Virus record (IMG/VR): IMGVR_UViG_3300036900_000099
Location: 1-51,265 of that record
DNA length: 51,265 nt
Strand: one strand, 5' to 3'
Origin: a virus
Taxonomy: Duplodnaviria > Caudoviricetes
The translations under genes and the position numbers were made by a program. Positions 25,801-34,738 of this stretch are shown in pieces. Below the pieces are notes generated by a model. The model was not told where the DNA came from, did not search any database, and saw nothing but the letters and a program-made list of their open reading frames with translations. Position 1 is the first letter of the stretch. Every line of letters starts with the position of its first letter.

Positions 25801-28049
25801 CTGCTGCTAAGTTACCTATTGGATATAAAGAACTACGTAGTTGGTTTAGTGAATCTAGAGGACCTGGTGGTGAAATAATACGTCCTAGGTTTAATCTTAC
25901 GGAAGATTTTAAAGTTATTCCTAAGAATACAACCATTATGGATTTCGATAGAACCTTAGCTGATAAATATAAACTTTATAATTTCAGAGACGGTACGCGC
26001 ACAGGTTCTCCTGCACGTCAGTTTCAAATAGAATTCTCTGGTCAACGTGATGCCCGTGATGTGATGGAGATTAGCAATAAAGGTACTCGGTATAATCCTG
26101 AGTATAGTTACGATCCAGCGCAGCCGATGGATCCTATCACGAGTATGAATAGAGCATTAACTAACATCACAAACTCAGTCTTTATGGATGACGTTAAGAT
26201 ATCTTCGATGGAGAACTGGCTACGTCGTCATAAAGATGTATTAGAGGTTGAAGGTAATGCTGATTTGATGAGTGCGCCATTCTACCATTTTAATACAGCT
26301 AAGGTTAGTAAAGGTCAACCTAAGCGTATCCAGTCACAGATTGAAGCTGAGCGCTGGATGATTAAACAGTTTAACGGTACTCCTTCTGTTTGGGATACTA
26401 CATTAGCGTCTATTCAAGATAAATTGATGGATGACATCTACGGAGCAGGAGGATGGAATACTAAATATGCTGCAGCTACCGTAGGTAAATGGGGAGTAGC
26501 CCTTATTAAAGATGGGCCTTCTTATTTACGATACATGGCTTTTAAAGCAGGCTTGGGAATGTTTTCTATTCCCCAGTTCTTTACTCAAGCTAATACGATC
26601 GTATCTATTATGGGTATGGCTGGTTGGGGTAAAGCTGCTCAAGGTACATCAGCAGCGATGATGCATACGTGGTCTAGATTTAACAGAGACCCATCGATAC
26701 TGCGTACTATGGATAAGAAACTTCAAGCATTTGGCTGGAAGCCTGGTGAGTTTCTTGAAGCTAATAATGCTATCAAAGGCACAGGATTTGATTACGTCTC
26801 TAACGAGACTAATTCAATGTTTGGTTATACTAAGACAGATAGTATCACTAAGAATGCTGGACGTTCGATTATGGACGTTGGAGATATTCCTTTTAAAGAA
26901 GGGGAACGTCTAGGTAGATATGCTTCTTGGTACACAGCTTTTAAGGAATGGCGTGATGCTAATCCAGTAGCTAAGTTTAATGATTTAGCCAGAGCAAAAG
27001 TATTGCAGCGTGCAGATGATTTGTCTGGTAATATGACACTCGCATCTAAGTCTGGATTACAGACAGGTGTATTGTCTTTCCCAACGCAGTTCCTTGGTTA
27101 TACTATGCGTATGACTGAGCTTGCCTTAGGGCATCGTCTTACTTGGCAACAGAAAGCTAGATTGTTTGGTACGTATTGGACTATGTATGGTTTACCTGTA
27201 GCGCTCGGTATTACTGGTACATCTACTTTTGGTAATATGTGGAAAGAATCTGTCGCTAAGAGTGGATATAGTCCTAACGAAGCTGGTATTAGTCAAATGG
27301 TCAATGAAGGATTACCTGCTGCGTTCCTTCAACTAGTAACAGGTAATACTTATAACGTTGGCGAGAAGTTTGGTAATCCTGGTTTAGCAGATATTCGTGA
27401 GTTTTTGTCTAAAGATAAGACTACGATGGAGAACGTAATGGGTGCTTCAGGTACATTGCTCGAAGGATTGGCTAATGCAGACGGTTATTGGAAATGGTTG
27501 ACTACCTTTGCTAAAGGTGAAGATAATGCTTATGGTTTGACATCTGCTGATGCGATTAAACCTTTTCAAGCTATATCTTCTGTGAATAATTTATGGCGCA
27601 CAGAAGCAGCAGTTAATATCGGTAAGTACATGACTAAGAATGAAAATGTGCTCAAGGATAATACTGGTGTGATGAATGCAATCTTTATGGGTGTAACAGG
27701 ATTACAACCTAAAGATGTTGATACTCAGACATTACAACGTATGAAAGATCAACGTGAAGAGAAACAGAAAGAAGGATTGAATTCCTTTATCCGTAATACT
27801 CATCGTGCGATGGATGCGATTAAGAATAAAGATCCTCAATTAGCTAATGTTTTCTTTAACAATGCTAAGATGGATTTGATTATATCTGGTTACCCAGAAG
27901 AGAAGCGTCTAAAGGCTTGGGAAGCTGCCGTACAGAATAGAACGTTACCAGAGCGTGAACTCTGGAACTATTGGCTCGAGAACGTTCCTCCTGAAGAGAG
28001 AGTTGAAAGTGCTAAGATCTACGATAATATTATAAGGAATACTAAATAA
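22854..28049 (+). CDS. Large internal virion protein, 1731 aa
   Basis: Size and synteny; C-terminal helical region with a QFxxY motif as in ejectosome proteins. Confidence 0.75.
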   Translation: MYSPLDQTPPEDNSPLTLPTTPNIPMSPETASPLAGKVSWAFDKPYNDVYDALIRGQEDPLRANLAAEESSNQLSNIGDIIRKARSYITPTALTQLTAPKDPRDIFEKKFAEKSINSLTDYKEDDVDEKPTAILDAAREDPAGLAEDTAAGKSIAYRRQLLETGLQDAQDTYKHQGYFSWGLDLAKQLTQIYPEAKLRGNIPGVGAFEGGLLGENLEKQRVGLLSIPDDEEFKNTYLNILNKLKQDNPSMAVAFAQAMYGQSLSDRYINNAMTAIGALDIKSGFLIGKGIAGRVAARRALTDIINRGADEAAKGLDAVAPSIATAEASGHVGDAALQQTVNRILDQEATRITPERTALEGLMSIMKQGKNLALDNTPERVRAVITGMRKTLEFNAASKDPAIIEEMKVLQTHLDEFTKDNELAAKHPEVAREIFARLSEQYDNTTGAFIEARLNLQNVLRIGNALANRKVLEQVWKEIKGRTQGLSDNVIDQTIPKFNPITQNHEVTTIFGRNSAELFNNDAEAIGTVEKHGLRVTMIDGVPVEGVKPGESGVSIGSVGGKYYAAISRPINEIEHYIRDAVVETEESKAGNHGILNSWGLGWGRTPDEVLPQLENMNRKIAIYGPAALRDVLERYIASKVDLARARLRGKNLFEVFNNLGKGSQFQRMLDHLQRAINPETGKPGIEFKTPQEVYSFYMTNYGRMPDPIEYEAYFAAKHGMDMDLSFRNMMVVKNIARLGGEEHRISVYNGRAPEGRDKSKWFVGMTVKPEGELLPAIPEGTTNPKIDRKLTDPGLNVQYKEVEFGGKKYTAAFSGGRKADVRLGIPNDAPIAHVGDNTGELNITSAQSFAQSRVGKDIIPKLQTGEYKLIKLYNVHQNDLNGFNGIGNERIQYVITRNHEVRPVSFQQIPRQPGFHIQYDHPFYMKQADIRKSIVGPDEYHWYEGDNTAFLLQNRLMGEDLAKVMNEVRGHIAGGREAEAEAAAAKLPIGYKELRSWFSESRGPGGEIIRPRFNLTEDFKVIPKNTTIMDFDRTLADKYKLYNFRDGTRTGSPARQFQIEFSGQRDARDVMEISNKGTRYNPEYSYDPAQPMDPITSMNRALTNITNSVFMDDVKISSMENWLRRHKDVLEVEGNADLMSAPFYHFNTAKVSKGQPKRIQSQIEAERWMIKQFNGTPSVWDTTLASIQDKLMDDIYGAGGWNTKYAAATVGKWGVALIKDGPSYLRYMAFKAGLGMFSIPQFFTQANTIVSIMGMAGWGKAAQGTSAAMMHTWSRFNRDPSILRTMDKKLQAFGWKPGEFLEANNAIKGTGFDYVSNETNSMFGYTKTDSITKNAGRSIMDVGDIPFKEGERLGRYASWYTAFKEWRDANPVAKFNDLARAKVLQRADDLSGNMTLASKSGLQTGVLSFPTQFLGYTMRMTELALGHRLTWQQKARLFGTYWTMYGLPVALGITGTSTFGNMWKESVAKSGYSPNEAGISQMVNEGLPAAFLQLVTGNTYNVGEKFGNPGLADIREFLSKDKTTMENVMGASGTLLEGLANADGYWKWLTTFAKGEDNAYGLTSADAIKPFQAISSVNNLWRTEAAVNIGKYMTKNENVLKDNTGVMNAIFMGVTGLQPKDVDTQTLQRMKDQREEKQKEGLNSFIRNTHRAMDAIKNKDPQLANVFFNNAKMDLIISGYPEEKRLKAWEAAVQNRTLPERELWNYWLENVPPEERVESAKIYDNIIRNTK

Positions 28050-28080
28050 ATGGCGACTGAGACTCGTCGAAGGAGACTTT

Positions 28081-30246
28081 ATGGCGGTATTTAACCCCAA
28101 TCCAGGACAAGTTCAAGAAGAAGACTTCAGGAACTTCTCACATCCTATATCACCTGTAGAAGGTAATAAGGCTTTAGGTACTGCGTTAACTGGCGTAGGC
28201 CAAGGTTTAGCGCACGCTGGTGAGTTTGTTAAAGACATAGGTAAGGTACAGGAGTTTAATACGAGACAAGATATTGAGAATTCTCCTGAGCTTAAAGCTG
28301 CGGGTGCTGCACGTGATCAATCTATTGCTGCATATGAAAACTTTTACAATCAAGGTGTAGATCAGAAAGAGCTTCAGACTTCTATTAATGCTCCTAATGC
28401 TGGTGTAGAGTTAATTGCCCCTGGTGTAGATAAAGCAAGTTTACCTACAGACTTACGCACTCTTCCTCAGATTGCTGGTGGTCTAGCTCAAGCTAAGCTT
28501 GATACTAAAGTTAATCAAGTATTACTTACAGCTGAAGTAGAACGTAATGCTAAGGCTTTACGTGCTCGGTTTCCTGATCATGTAGATTATATTGATCATG
28601 TCTTTCGACAAGCAGGGTTTGGTAATACAGCTAATGAAAAGCTACATGCACTACAACAATTCTATCTAGCAGCTAATGCTAGTAAGAATGATGAGACTAA
28701 AAGTGCTATTGCTTTTGGTCATACTCTTATTGATAAGGGAATACCTAACACTGCACCGCTCGTAGATGCGGTACGTCAAGGGGTACCTGGTGCTATTCAA
28801 AAATTAGAAGAACACGGTAACAGATATTTAGCTGATGACTATATTCTTAAGAAGGGTTTAGAGAGATTAAGAGGGGGTAATGAATTAGATAAAGATGCTG
28901 CTGCTAAGTCTTTTGGTACGTACTTAGATGGAGTCGTTAATAGCGGTCTTCAGTCTGTGTATGCTAATTCTGGTTATAAGAACTTCGATGAGATTCAAGC
29001 ACGTGTACAGTGGATACAAGCACATCCAGAAGCAACTAATCCTTTAGAAGTTGAGAAGCTTAGTCAACAGCTACATTTGCTTAGGGATCAACATGAATCG
29101 TTGATGACTAGAAAACTATTTGAACCTGTTACTAAAGGATCAGGAACAACAAATGCTACATTGCTCGGACCTGATGGTGCTCAGACTGGTCAAGCGATGA
29201 TTAAAGCTCGTCTTTATCCAATCGATCAAACTATTCAAGCTGTAGAGAATAAAGACTTTGGACTAGCAACCTACATACCTCATATGGTTGATGCGTTTAC
29301 CCAAGCTGATATTAAAGCGATGATGGATGACAAAGAATTACGTCCACATATAGTTGACTTACTTGCAATGATAAAACTTAGCCCTCAACTAGGTGAGAAG
29401 ATCTACTTTCAAACTCATGAAGGTATTGATAAAGCCATGCTCGCATTTGTTCAGAATAGACAAGTAGGTATGGTAGCTAAGGGTACTCCGGTAACAGACG
29501 GTCTACAAGAACTTATTAAATCTGGTAGAGCTTCCGTAGCAGCTAAACCTATGCTCGATGTAGCTAATTGGATACATGACGGTACGTTAACCAATGACGA
29601 TCAGAAACGTACAGTTGCTAAGGCATTCTTTGATTTCAGTAATCAAGGTAATCTAAAACTATTTCCTCAAGACCGTTACGAACAACAAGGAAAGAATCGA
29701 GTATTCATTCCTGGTAGAGAGTTTATGTTTAAGGATCTCACTAGTCCTAAGATGACTGACGAGATGAAACGTCTTGGTCCTCAGACATGGAATATGTATA
29801 AGACTTACGTTGATAAGGAACATGGTGAATCCATCTTTCTTAGTCAGATTAGACAGTTAGAACAGTTTACTACTGGACCTAACTTTAAAGGATTAGAGAT
29901 TGCTTGGGATGATAAAGATGGACACTTTCATGCTAAGGGAAGTACACGGTTTTCTCCTGGCGTGCCTCCTGCAGTAGAGCGTACGATAGCTCAAGTAAAT
30001 GAAGGATTAGATTCTCTTAATTATATTGGTAAAAAAGATGGACAATCTCCTTCTGTTTATACTTTACGTAAGCTTAGAGAGTTAGGTGCAGACCTTGGTG
30101 GATTCAGTGGTATACCTGCAGAGATGCTTAAAGCTGTGCAAGGTTCTACTACACAAGGATTTAAGATGCTTCCAGGTGAGACTAAGGCACAAGCTAGAGA
30201 ACGTATCCAAAATAAAGGTAAATCTAGTGGCGATAACAACGAGTAG
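28081..30246 (+). CDS. Internal virion protein, 721 aa
   Basis: AAGGAG RBS; helical; synteny. Confidence 0.7.
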   Translation: MAVFNPNPGQVQEEDFRNFSHPISPVEGNKALGTALTGVGQGLAHAGEFVKDIGKVQEFNTRQDIENSPELKAAGAARDQSIAAYENFYNQGVDQKELQTSINAPNAGVELIAPGVDKASLPTDLRTLPQIAGGLAQAKLDTKVNQVLLTAEVERNAKALRARFPDHVDYIDHVFRQAGFGNTANEKLHALQQFYLAANASKNDETKSAIAFGHTLIDKGIPNTAPLVDAVRQGVPGAIQKLEEHGNRYLADDYILKKGLERLRGGNELDKDAAAKSFGTYLDGVVNSGLQSVYANSGYKNFDEIQARVQWIQAHPEATNPLEVEKLSQQLHLLRDQHESLMTRKLFEPVTKGSGTTNATLLGPDGAQTGQAMIKARLYPIDQTIQAVENKDFGLATYIPHMVDAFTQADIKAMMDDKELRPHIVDLLAMIKLSPQLGEKIYFQTHEGIDKAMLAFVQNRQVGMVAKGTPVTDGLQELIKSGRASVAAKPMLDVANWIHDGTLTNDDQKRTVAKAFFDFSNQGNLKLFPQDRYEQQGKNRVFIPGREFMFKDLTSPKMTDEMKRLGPQTWNMYKTYVDKEHGESIFLSQIRQLEQFTTGPNFKGLEIAWDDKDGHFHAKGSTRFSPGVPPAVERTIAQVNEGLDSLNYIGKKDGQSPSVYTLRKLRELGADLGGFSGIPAEMLKAVQGSTTQGFKMLPGETKAQARERIQNKGKSSGDNNE

Positions 30247-30814
30247 TGGTGATAGGTACGACTCCTTAGAAAACTTCATTGGAGGTAATCCTTCGGAATA
30301 TGTTGAACTCAACGATAATACTCCTAAGGTAGAAACTACTGTTCCTAATATTGCAGGTGGATTAAGCACTTCTCCTAAGCCTGCTAATGATAATGATAAT
30401 AGGAAACCTATGAGAGTTAGTCCAGGAGTAGATGCTATTGCTCATGAAATAGATTATAATGAATTAGAAGAGAATCTAAGAACTAATCCGCAAGTAGATC
30501 CAAGTATGGATCTATTACGTAAAGGTATTAAACTTCCTAAGGTTGGAGATATATCTAGTGTTAAACCTTCTGAAAATATAGTTGATAGAGGCAGTGCTCT
30601 TTATAATTCTAAAGAGTTAGCTTACGATGCAGAAACAGCACGTAATAGACTTAAAGATTATGGTAAAGAAGAAAGAGATACGTTAGGTATTGGTCTCGAA
30701 GACTGGCAACATATGATCGATATGGCTGTTGCCAAATCTGAATACAGACGTAGAGTTAAAGAAGAAACTATGAAAAAGAATGTAATTGTTCCTTCTAAGG
30801 AGTTAACACAATAA
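30227..30814 (+). CDS. Hypothetical protein (start revised to GTG 30227)
   Basis: AAAGG upstream; in frame with track ORF 30086..30814; contains PANDN. Confidence 0.65.
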   Translation: MAITTSSGDRYDSLENFIGGNPSEYVELNDNTPKVETTVPNIAGGLSTSPKPANDNDNRKPMRVSPGVDAIAHEIDYNELEENLRTNPQVDPSMDLLRKGIKLPKVGDISSVKPSENIVDRGSALYNSKELAYDAETARNRLKDYGKEERDTLGIGLEDWQHMIDMAVAKSEYRRRVKEETMKKNVIVPSKELTQ

Positions 30815-31077
30815 TGCCAGCTATTTTAGAAAGATTAGTGTCGCAGCTTCAAGCAAAAGGGAAATCTAAATCAAGTGCATTTGCAATCGCCACTAGCGTA
30901 CTACAAAAATCAGGAGATCTTAAGAAGGGCACTCAGCAAGCGACTGCTAAAGGCGCTAAGCGTGGGGCAATGTCCCCTGGCGAAAGAGCTAAAGACAGAG
31001 CTTCTAAAAGATCCAAACATAAATCAAAAGACTATAAATATAGCTCTAAAACTAATCGAGCAACATTGAAGAAATAA
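30814..31077 (+). CDS. Highly basic small protein
   Basis: Lys/Arg-rich 87 aa; TAATG overlap. Confidence 0.8.
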   Translation: MPAILERLVSQLQAKGKSKSSAFAIATSVLQKSGDLKKGTQQATAKGAKRGAMSPGERAKDRASKRSKHKSKDYKYSSKTNRATLKK

Positions 31078-31100
31078 ACACTTCTTAGAATTTAGACATG

Positions 31101-31140
31101 AAAAAGCCTCCCCCAGAATAAATCTGAGGGAGGCTTCTTT
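31101..31140. terminator. Bidirectional terminator between the two genome arms
   Basis: A5 - AAGCCTCCC...GGGAGGCTT - CTTT between convergent genes. Confidence 0.85.
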
Positions 31141-31244
31141 ATTAGTTCAGGCATCAACTAGCTACTCACGCGAGTAAAGCTTCTAGTTAGATGCCTGACT
31201 CTATTCCCGCTTGAGCGTTGGAGCGCCCACCTAAGCGGGGTAGG

Positions 31245-31745
31245 TTAAGAATTCAAAGCCTTAACTGTGGCCTTGAAGTCTTGAAGGGCCTTGAGGCCAT
31301 CTTCCTCGGGAAGAGCAAAGATGACATCGATCGTATCCTTCTTGGTTTCGAGCAGAGCTTTTGCAGCCTCCTCGTAACCTTTACGATCTGCGACCTTAGT
31401 CGGTTCACGCCAGATCAGTCCATAAGGACCAGTGCCATAAGCAGTGATCCCATCCTCGTCCGTAGTGGGCAAGGTGAACTCATCAGACTTGATCCGATCA
31501 ACGAGTTCCTTGGCAGATTGAGGAGGATCATTCTCGGTAATGTTAAACTTCCGAGCGAGCGCCTTCTTACCATCAAACCAGGTATCCTCGATACGGTCGC
31601 GCAGGTAACGCTTGGTATCAAACATGGGAGTTTTCTCTCCTTCTTCTTTTTGTACAGGTGGGTATTTTGATTTACACACCTTAGGTTTGCAAGGTACAGC
31701 GTTTGATCTCTGTGCCTCATTGATCATTTCAAAGACGTCAAACAT
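31245..31745 (-). CDS. Hypothetical protein
   Basis: ATG 31745 overlaps the upstream ORF end; a second in-frame ATG (MFDTK) has an AAGGAG RBS. Confidence 0.75.
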   Translation of the reverse strand: MFDVFEMINEAQRSNAVPCKPKVCKSKYPPVQKEEGEKTPMFDTKRYLRDRIEDTWFDGKKALARKFNITENDPPQSAKELVDRIKSDEFTLPTTDEDGITAYGTGPYGLIWREPTKVADRKGYEEAAKALLETKKDTIDVIFALPEEDGLKALQDFKATVKALNS

Positions 31746-31881
31746 TGAACGGAGGCTCCGTCTGCTGTCCGACATCCTCTTCCGACTGAACCTCAAAAAC
31801 TTGAGCGAGGGGTTTTACCTCTCCAGTTTCAAGGTCCTTAACGGAGAGAGTTTCTCCGTTCCTTATAGTGGTAAGCTTCAT
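31738..31881 (-). CDS. Hypothetical protein, 47 aa
   Basis: GAGGAG RBS; MKLTTIRNGETLSVKDLETGEVKP... Confidence 0.65.
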   Translation of the reverse strand: MKLTTIRNGETLSVKDLETGEVKPLAQVFEVQSEEDVGQQTEPPFNV

Positions 31882-31916
31882 TGCTTACTCCTCTTGTTAG
31901 GGGATTACTCCCCGGT

Positions 31917-32156
31917 TTAACGGCTACCTCTTTTAGGTTGCCGTATTCTATTAGCATGTTTGGATACCACAGCAGTAGGCACTCTGTCAAGAGATCCTGT
32001 GCGATGATATCCTAGATGATCAACCTCTTTGTTATCGCCCTTGTGTACTAAGCCCTTTTTAGCGGCTTTACGTCTGGCTTTATTACGAGCCTCTCGACGT
32101 CTAACTTGTGCGGGCGAGTCTTCGTAACGCGTTTCACGCGGATAGTTATGAACCAT
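31917..32156 (-). CDS. Small HNH-like endonuclease
   Basis: Basic N-terminus and GDNKEVDH...VVSKHANR. Confidence 0.7.
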   Translation of the reverse strand: MVHNYPRETRYEDSPAQVRRREARNKARRKAAKKGLVHKGDNKEVDHLGYHRTGSLDRVPTAVVSKHANRIRQPKRGSR

Positions 32157-32379
32157 TGTATACGGTAAGTTTTACCTTCACCTCCTTTTTAAGTGGAGGA
32201 CAACGACCACCAAGCGGTGGTCCCAGTAGCTGATATCCAACCACTATATCCCCTTTATCTGTAATGTCAAGCCAACTTTCCAAGATATGATCTTGAGGGC
32301 GTATGAGTGCGATCGTTTGTGTGCGGAAATAGTGTGCGATGATGTCTAGGAGAATATCATCAGATATCGATTTCTCCAA
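32146..32379 (-). CDS. Hypothetical protein with C-terminal VKLTV motif
   Basis: 3' part of track ORF 32146..32475; TTG start inferred. Confidence 0.6.
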   Translation of the reverse strand: MEKSISDDILLDIIAHYFRTQTIALIRPQDHILESWLDITDKGDIVVGYQLLGPPLGGRCPPLKKEVKVKLTVYNGS

Positions 32380-32536
32380 AGTTCTTCGCTCGTACGAGGG
32401 CTTTGTGGGTTTCCGCTTCTTCGAATAGTTCGCGTTTGCGTAGGAGCCCTTTTGGTTTGACCTTCGGGCGTTCATGCTTTTTCTCCGCTACCAATCTATC
32501 AGCTTTGCTCTGCGGATGATGTATATGTTTATTCAT
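32360..32536 (-). CDS. Basic hypothetical protein, 58 aa
   Basis: MNKHIHHPQSKADRL...; overlaps both neighbours. Confidence 0.5.
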   Translation of the reverse strand: MNKHIHHPQSKADRLVAEKKHERPKVKPKGLLRKRELFEEAETHKALVRAKNFGEIDI

Positions 32537-32669
32537 ATACGTTACCGCAGGCTTTCATGATTTGCTTAAGCGCATCATAGTAGACGGCGTAGTCGATCAT
32601 CCACATCATCATTCCGCCGATGAGTAGACCCATGGTGAACATGAGAGTTGAGTAAACTGTTGTTTTCAT
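32529..32669 (-). CDS. Small membrane protein, 46 aa
   Basis: One hydrophobic segment; AAGG upstream. Confidence 0.55.
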   Translation of the reverse strand: MKTTVYSTLMFTMGLLIGGMMMWMIDYAVYYDALKQIMKACGNVYE

Positions 32670-32705
32670 AGGAATTGTGACCTTCTGTTTGAGTAAACCC
32701 ACCAG

Positions 32706-33131
32706 TTATTTCTTAACTGGACGTGTACACCTTCTTGGTAACCGTACTTTCGTAACCGTCGTTGTGCGTTTCTTGCGCTCAGCGTCATTAAGCCACTCCT
32801 CTGGAATTGTACTTATTGCGTACGGTATTCCATATTTCGTTGCCCAACGTAAATCCTGCTTTCTTCGATCATTATAAAATAATATACGTAAGTCGATGTC
32901 AGGATGTTGGGCTTTTATCGCTCTAAGCTTTCTTTTATCCTCTCGCCGTAAATATCCTTTGAGTTCGATGCGTAGTGGTGTTGTTTGCAGAACTCGGCGG
33001 ATAGTAAAGTCTGGCAAGTAAGTAGCGTGGAGGACATAAGGAAGCTTTTCCGCTTCGTATTCAAAGTTTATCTTCTTTTCTATCAGGTATTGGTTTATCG
33101 ACTTCTCGAAAGAATTGCGTAACTTCGCCAT
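32706..33131 (-). CDS. T7 endonuclease I-like resolvase
   Basis: RNSFE...FEYE...YLPDF...IELKG...HPDIDLRILF...WA...IPEEW. Confidence 0.9.
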   Translation of the reverse strand: MAKLRNSFEKSINQYLIEKKINFEYEAEKLPYVLHATYLPDFTIRRVLQTTPLRIELKGYLRREDKRKLRAIKAQHPDIDLRILFYNDRRKQDLRWATKYGIPYAISTIPEEWLNDAERKKRTTTVTKVRLPRRCTRPVKK

Positions 33132-33279
33132 CGTTAATAATAGTCATCACATAAGCTATGTCAGGTTCAGCTGCGTAGTAATCCTCCGGTTTGTTGTGCC
33201 TGACGCACGGATGAATATGTTTACACTCCTGCCACGGGTTCTGGCATTTGCATCGGCCACGTAACATTAGGCAACCCAT
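33061..33279 (-). CDS. Cys-rich small protein
   Basis: GGAGG RBS; CLMLRGRCKC..ECK resembles ORF 34731..34907; bridges the two nuclease genes. Confidence 0.55.
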   Translation of the reverse strand: MGCLMLRGRCKCQNPWQECKHIHPCVRHNKPEDYYAAEPDIAYVMTIINDGEVTQFFREVDKPIPDRKEDKL

Positions 33280-34141
33280 TGTAAACTACCCTCCCGTGTT
33301 TGTCTATTTCTTTTACGTTTTTAGGTTCACGTACAACCTTTGTTAAGTAAACTATTTTAGGTTTACTTCTTTCTGCGTAGATGAAGGTTCGGAGATGAGG
33401 ATGGCAGACGTAGCGCATCTCGTCGTAGCTTGCTCTAGTGTCGAGCTTAACGTTTCCACTTGCTTGGAAAGGTTCTGTTCCACAGCCGCAAGCCGGCGGT
33501 TGAGGGAGAGCAACAATCCTTTGATAATCCCTAAGTCTTTTTTCGATGTGATCTGGTCTATGCTTGTGTTCATGTAATGCTAAATGTCCTAGTTCTTTAC
33601 CGATGCCCAATAAGTATCCACGATCTTTTACGGTTGTAAGTGGGTCAAGTGCACTCCCGCTAAGATAAGCGTCAAGCTGATCAAGATAACCAAAGCTGTC
33701 ATCCTGCTCAATGGACCCAGACTTGAGCTTCTCCAAAGCCAAGACGCTAGAAGACTTAACATCGACCAAGCAGCCATCAATAACAGCGTCCCGATGACCC
33801 AGGACACCACAGACTTCCAGTTCATCCTGCTCTCCTGTGACTGTGTGGCCAGCGGCACGTGCTAGTGTCAAGACCAAAGCTTCAAGGATGTGTCCGTACA
33901 TCAGTTTAATGTGGACCCAAGGTGGGAGTGGAGCAGCTAATTCAGGAGTGTGTACACTGTGCCATAAGGCTTTGGGACATCTAGGTCCTAACTTCGACAA
34001 GCGAAGTCCGTTCCGGCGTACCTTTTCAGTGTCTAACCGTTTCGAGATGTCCCTAGCCAACAGTTCGGATAACTTAGGAGTCATCCAATCGGTATTTACA
34101 ATCTTATAGATGTCAGGGATTAGAGTATGAATTGTTTTCAA
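33221..34141 (-). CDS. PD-(D/E)xK (Cas4/RecB-like) exonuclease
   Basis: LRLSKLG..CPKALW, YGHILE, GHRDAVIDGCLVDVKS and DDSFGYLDQL motifs. Confidence 0.88.
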   Translation of the reverse strand: MKTIHTLIPDIYKIVNTDWMTPKLSELLARDISKRLDTEKVRRNGLRLSKLGPRCPKALWHSVHTPELAAPLPPWVHIKLMYGHILEALVLTLARAAGHTVTGEQDELEVCGVLGHRDAVIDGCLVDVKSSSVLALEKLKSGSIEQDDSFGYLDQLDAYLSGSALDPLTTVKDRGYLLGIGKELGHLALHEHKHRPDHIEKRLRDYQRIVALPQPPACGCGTEPFQASGNVKLDTRASYDEMRYVCHPHLRTFIYAERSKPKIVYLTKVVREPKNVKEIDKHGRVVYNGLPNVTWPMQMPEPVAGV

Positions 34142-34440
34142 TGATTGTTCACAATCAGTCTGAGAAGATATGCGGAAAGGTCGAGAAGTTTAACGAGTCC
34201 TAGTCCCCAGCCATAAAACGCAAATACTGAGAGAATGCCTAGGAATGGCAGTCCGAAGAAAAAGATAACCCAAACAATTCGTTTTGTCAACTCTTTTTTC
34301 TTCTTAGCTGCATCATCTTTCTTCTTCTTTTCACTTTCATTACGCTTATCAGCGCGGTTCTTTCTTCGACGAGGTGGACGTTGCGGATTGTTGTTGTATC
34401 CCCCGCCCTGGGGAACGATGATAATCGGGGGCTGGTTCAT
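34138..34440 (-). CDS. Membrane protein with basic N-terminus
   Basis: MNQPPIIIVP start, Lys/Arg tract, long hydrophobic C-terminus; ATGA overlap. Confidence 0.75.
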   Translation of the reverse strand: MNQPPIIIVPQGGGYNNNPQRPPRRRKNRADKRNESEKKKKDDAAKKKKELTKRIVWVIFFFGLPFLGILSVFAFYGWGLGLVKLLDLSAYLLRLIVNNH

Positions 34441-34540
34441 TGCTCGTATCCTTTGTGAACCCTGCTTTACAGAAATCGCATTTACATCCTATTGGATGTG
34501 TTGTCTGTCCATGTTTTAAAGTCCTCGGGGGTTGGTTCAT
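34349..34540 (-). CDS. Hypothetical protein with CxCxxC
   Basis: GGAG RBS, TAAATG junction; overlaps the downstream gene by 92 nt. Confidence 0.45.
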   Translation of the reverse strand: MNQPPRTLKHGQTTHPIGCKCDFCKAGFTKDTSNEPAPDYHRSPGRGIQQQSATSTSSKKEPR

Positions 34541-34738
34541 TTATATCTCCCAAAACCAGAGAGGGGTGGTATCTTTTGCTTCGTCCCGGAAGCCTTCAAC
34601 AATCACAATGACCATCCAGAATAACACAATCACGATTCCTATTAGCCATTGCATTGGAAGTCTCCTATGTTTGGAGGGAGTGTTGTTGTAGTCTCCCCTT
34701 CCGCCAGGGGTAACTATGATCGGCGGACCGCTATTCAT
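34541..34738 (-). CDS. Small membrane protein, 65 aa
   Basis: N-terminus similar to the 34138 ORF; one TM segment. Confidence 0.6.
   Translation of the reverse strand: MNSGPPIIVTPGGRGDYNNTPSKHRRLPMQWLIGIVIVLFWMVIVIVEGFRDEAKDTTPLWFWEI

Noticed and set aside
22854-28049. Virion RNA polymerase in the 1731-aa ORF
   Set aside because: No single-subunit or DFDGD-type polymerase motifs recognised
33221-34141. CRISPR-Cas system suggested by the Cas4-like nuclease
   Set aside because: No repeat-spacer array or other cas gene seen; such nucleases are ordinary in phage replication modules
34596-34598. Selenocysteine readthrough of the TGA after CDC
   Set aside because: The TGA aligns to Pro, not Cys, in the paralogue, the fourth Cys is also lost, and no SECIS-like hairpin was identified
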